A stretch of 64,000 bases of DNA from NCBI GenBank assembly GCA_019117385.1, contig DWZU01000033.1, positions 12,301 through 76,300 of the forward strand. Direction: 5' to 3'. The position numbers were made by a program, and so were the translations under genes. This stretch comes from Candidatus Eisenbergiella pullicola (lineage in GTDB: Bacteria; Bacillota; Clostridia; Lachnospirales; Lachnospiraceae). Within the stretch, counting starts at the first letter, position 1. Each line of letters starts with the position of its first letter. Shown here one piece after another: positions 63,437 through 64,000 of this stretch. The notes under the pieces are model-generated. The model did not search any database. It saw only the letters and a list, made by a program, of their open reading frames with translations, and was not told where the DNA came from.

Positions 63437-64000
63437 TATGTCCCCATCCCGCGAATCCTTTCCTTCGCCTTCCGCCTTTCATTCCCGTCTTTTCTTTTGG
63501 CTGGCCGTCGCGCTGATTCTCCTTTTTCCCGCTGCAGGATTTCTGTGGCTGCTCAATCCGGCGCCTGCGGATGCGGGCGGCACGGGCGTCACTTCCCTGC
63601 CCATCGCGGATTATCTGGAAGAAAACGACGTTCCCCAGATCCGGGAATGGCTGGACGACTGCTCTGTCTCTTTGGATCTCACCTCCGCTTCCGCCCTGGT
63701 TTCCCAGTCGACAGAAGGGGATCTGACCCTCACCCGGTATCTGGTCTACCTGCCCGCCGCGCCGGATCAGCCTCAGCTCTCCATCGCCCCTTCCCGCCGC
63801 CTGTTTTCGGAATCCATCTCCATCGAAGTGAAGTCTTCTTCGGACAGCATCGGCGGCGGCAATACCCTGCTTCTGGTTTCCCATACCTGTGACCGCAAAA
63901 AGGCTCCCTCTTTAAAGCTTCGCTACAACGGCCAAAGGGTGGACTGCCGGTTTCTGGAAGCGGATTTTCCGCTGGGCCTGACGGACAGCGCTTTGCCGGA
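63437..64000 (+). CDS. Hypothetical membrane-anchored protein, runs off the window
   Basis: Not in the ORF track. RBS AAGGAGG, ATG 63437, frame open to the end; one N-terminal hydrophobic segment (FWLAVALILLFPAAGFLWLL). Confidence 0.75.

Overview
Chromosomal segment of a gut-type Clostridia bacterium (Lachnospiraceae-like gene content; inferred, not proven). Most real genes are on the minus strand, and most long plus-strand ORFs in the track are antisense shadows. Left to right: (1) a truncated phosphonatase-like HAD gene, an unusual lipoprotein and a GH9-like gene remnant; (2) a sugar-utilisation block (LacI regulator, esterase, lactonase, nitroreductase, Zn-dehydrogenase, a GH42-fold protein apparently lacking the catalytic nucleophile, ABC importer, membrane AraC regulator, GH2 beta-mannosidase); (3) a 16-kb sortase-pilus operon headed by a 3,826-aa LRR/Ig-like surface protein with a long structured leader; (4) a co-oriented cluster of ABC importer, two GH29 fucosidases, GH18, a transglutaminase-fold protein with PNGase-like motifs, YitT and M17 aminopeptidase, which I read as a candidate intracellular fucosylated N-glycopeptide catabolic system (my top candidate for an undescribed system); (5) housekeeping or accessory genes (ABC-F, AI-2E, small alarmone synthetase, acylphosphatase, S1, HD, MalY/PatB, rubrerythrin, DUF5058 pair plus M20 hydrolase, doubly deleted DegV pseudogene, oxidoreductase, ABC-like ATPase). 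Two families of structured intergenic repeats occur. I found no rRNA, tRNA, CRISPR array, transposase or integrase. Family assignments come from motifs read by eye and from remembered family sequences; no database search was run. Several starts were moved from the ORF track to the RBS-supported codon.
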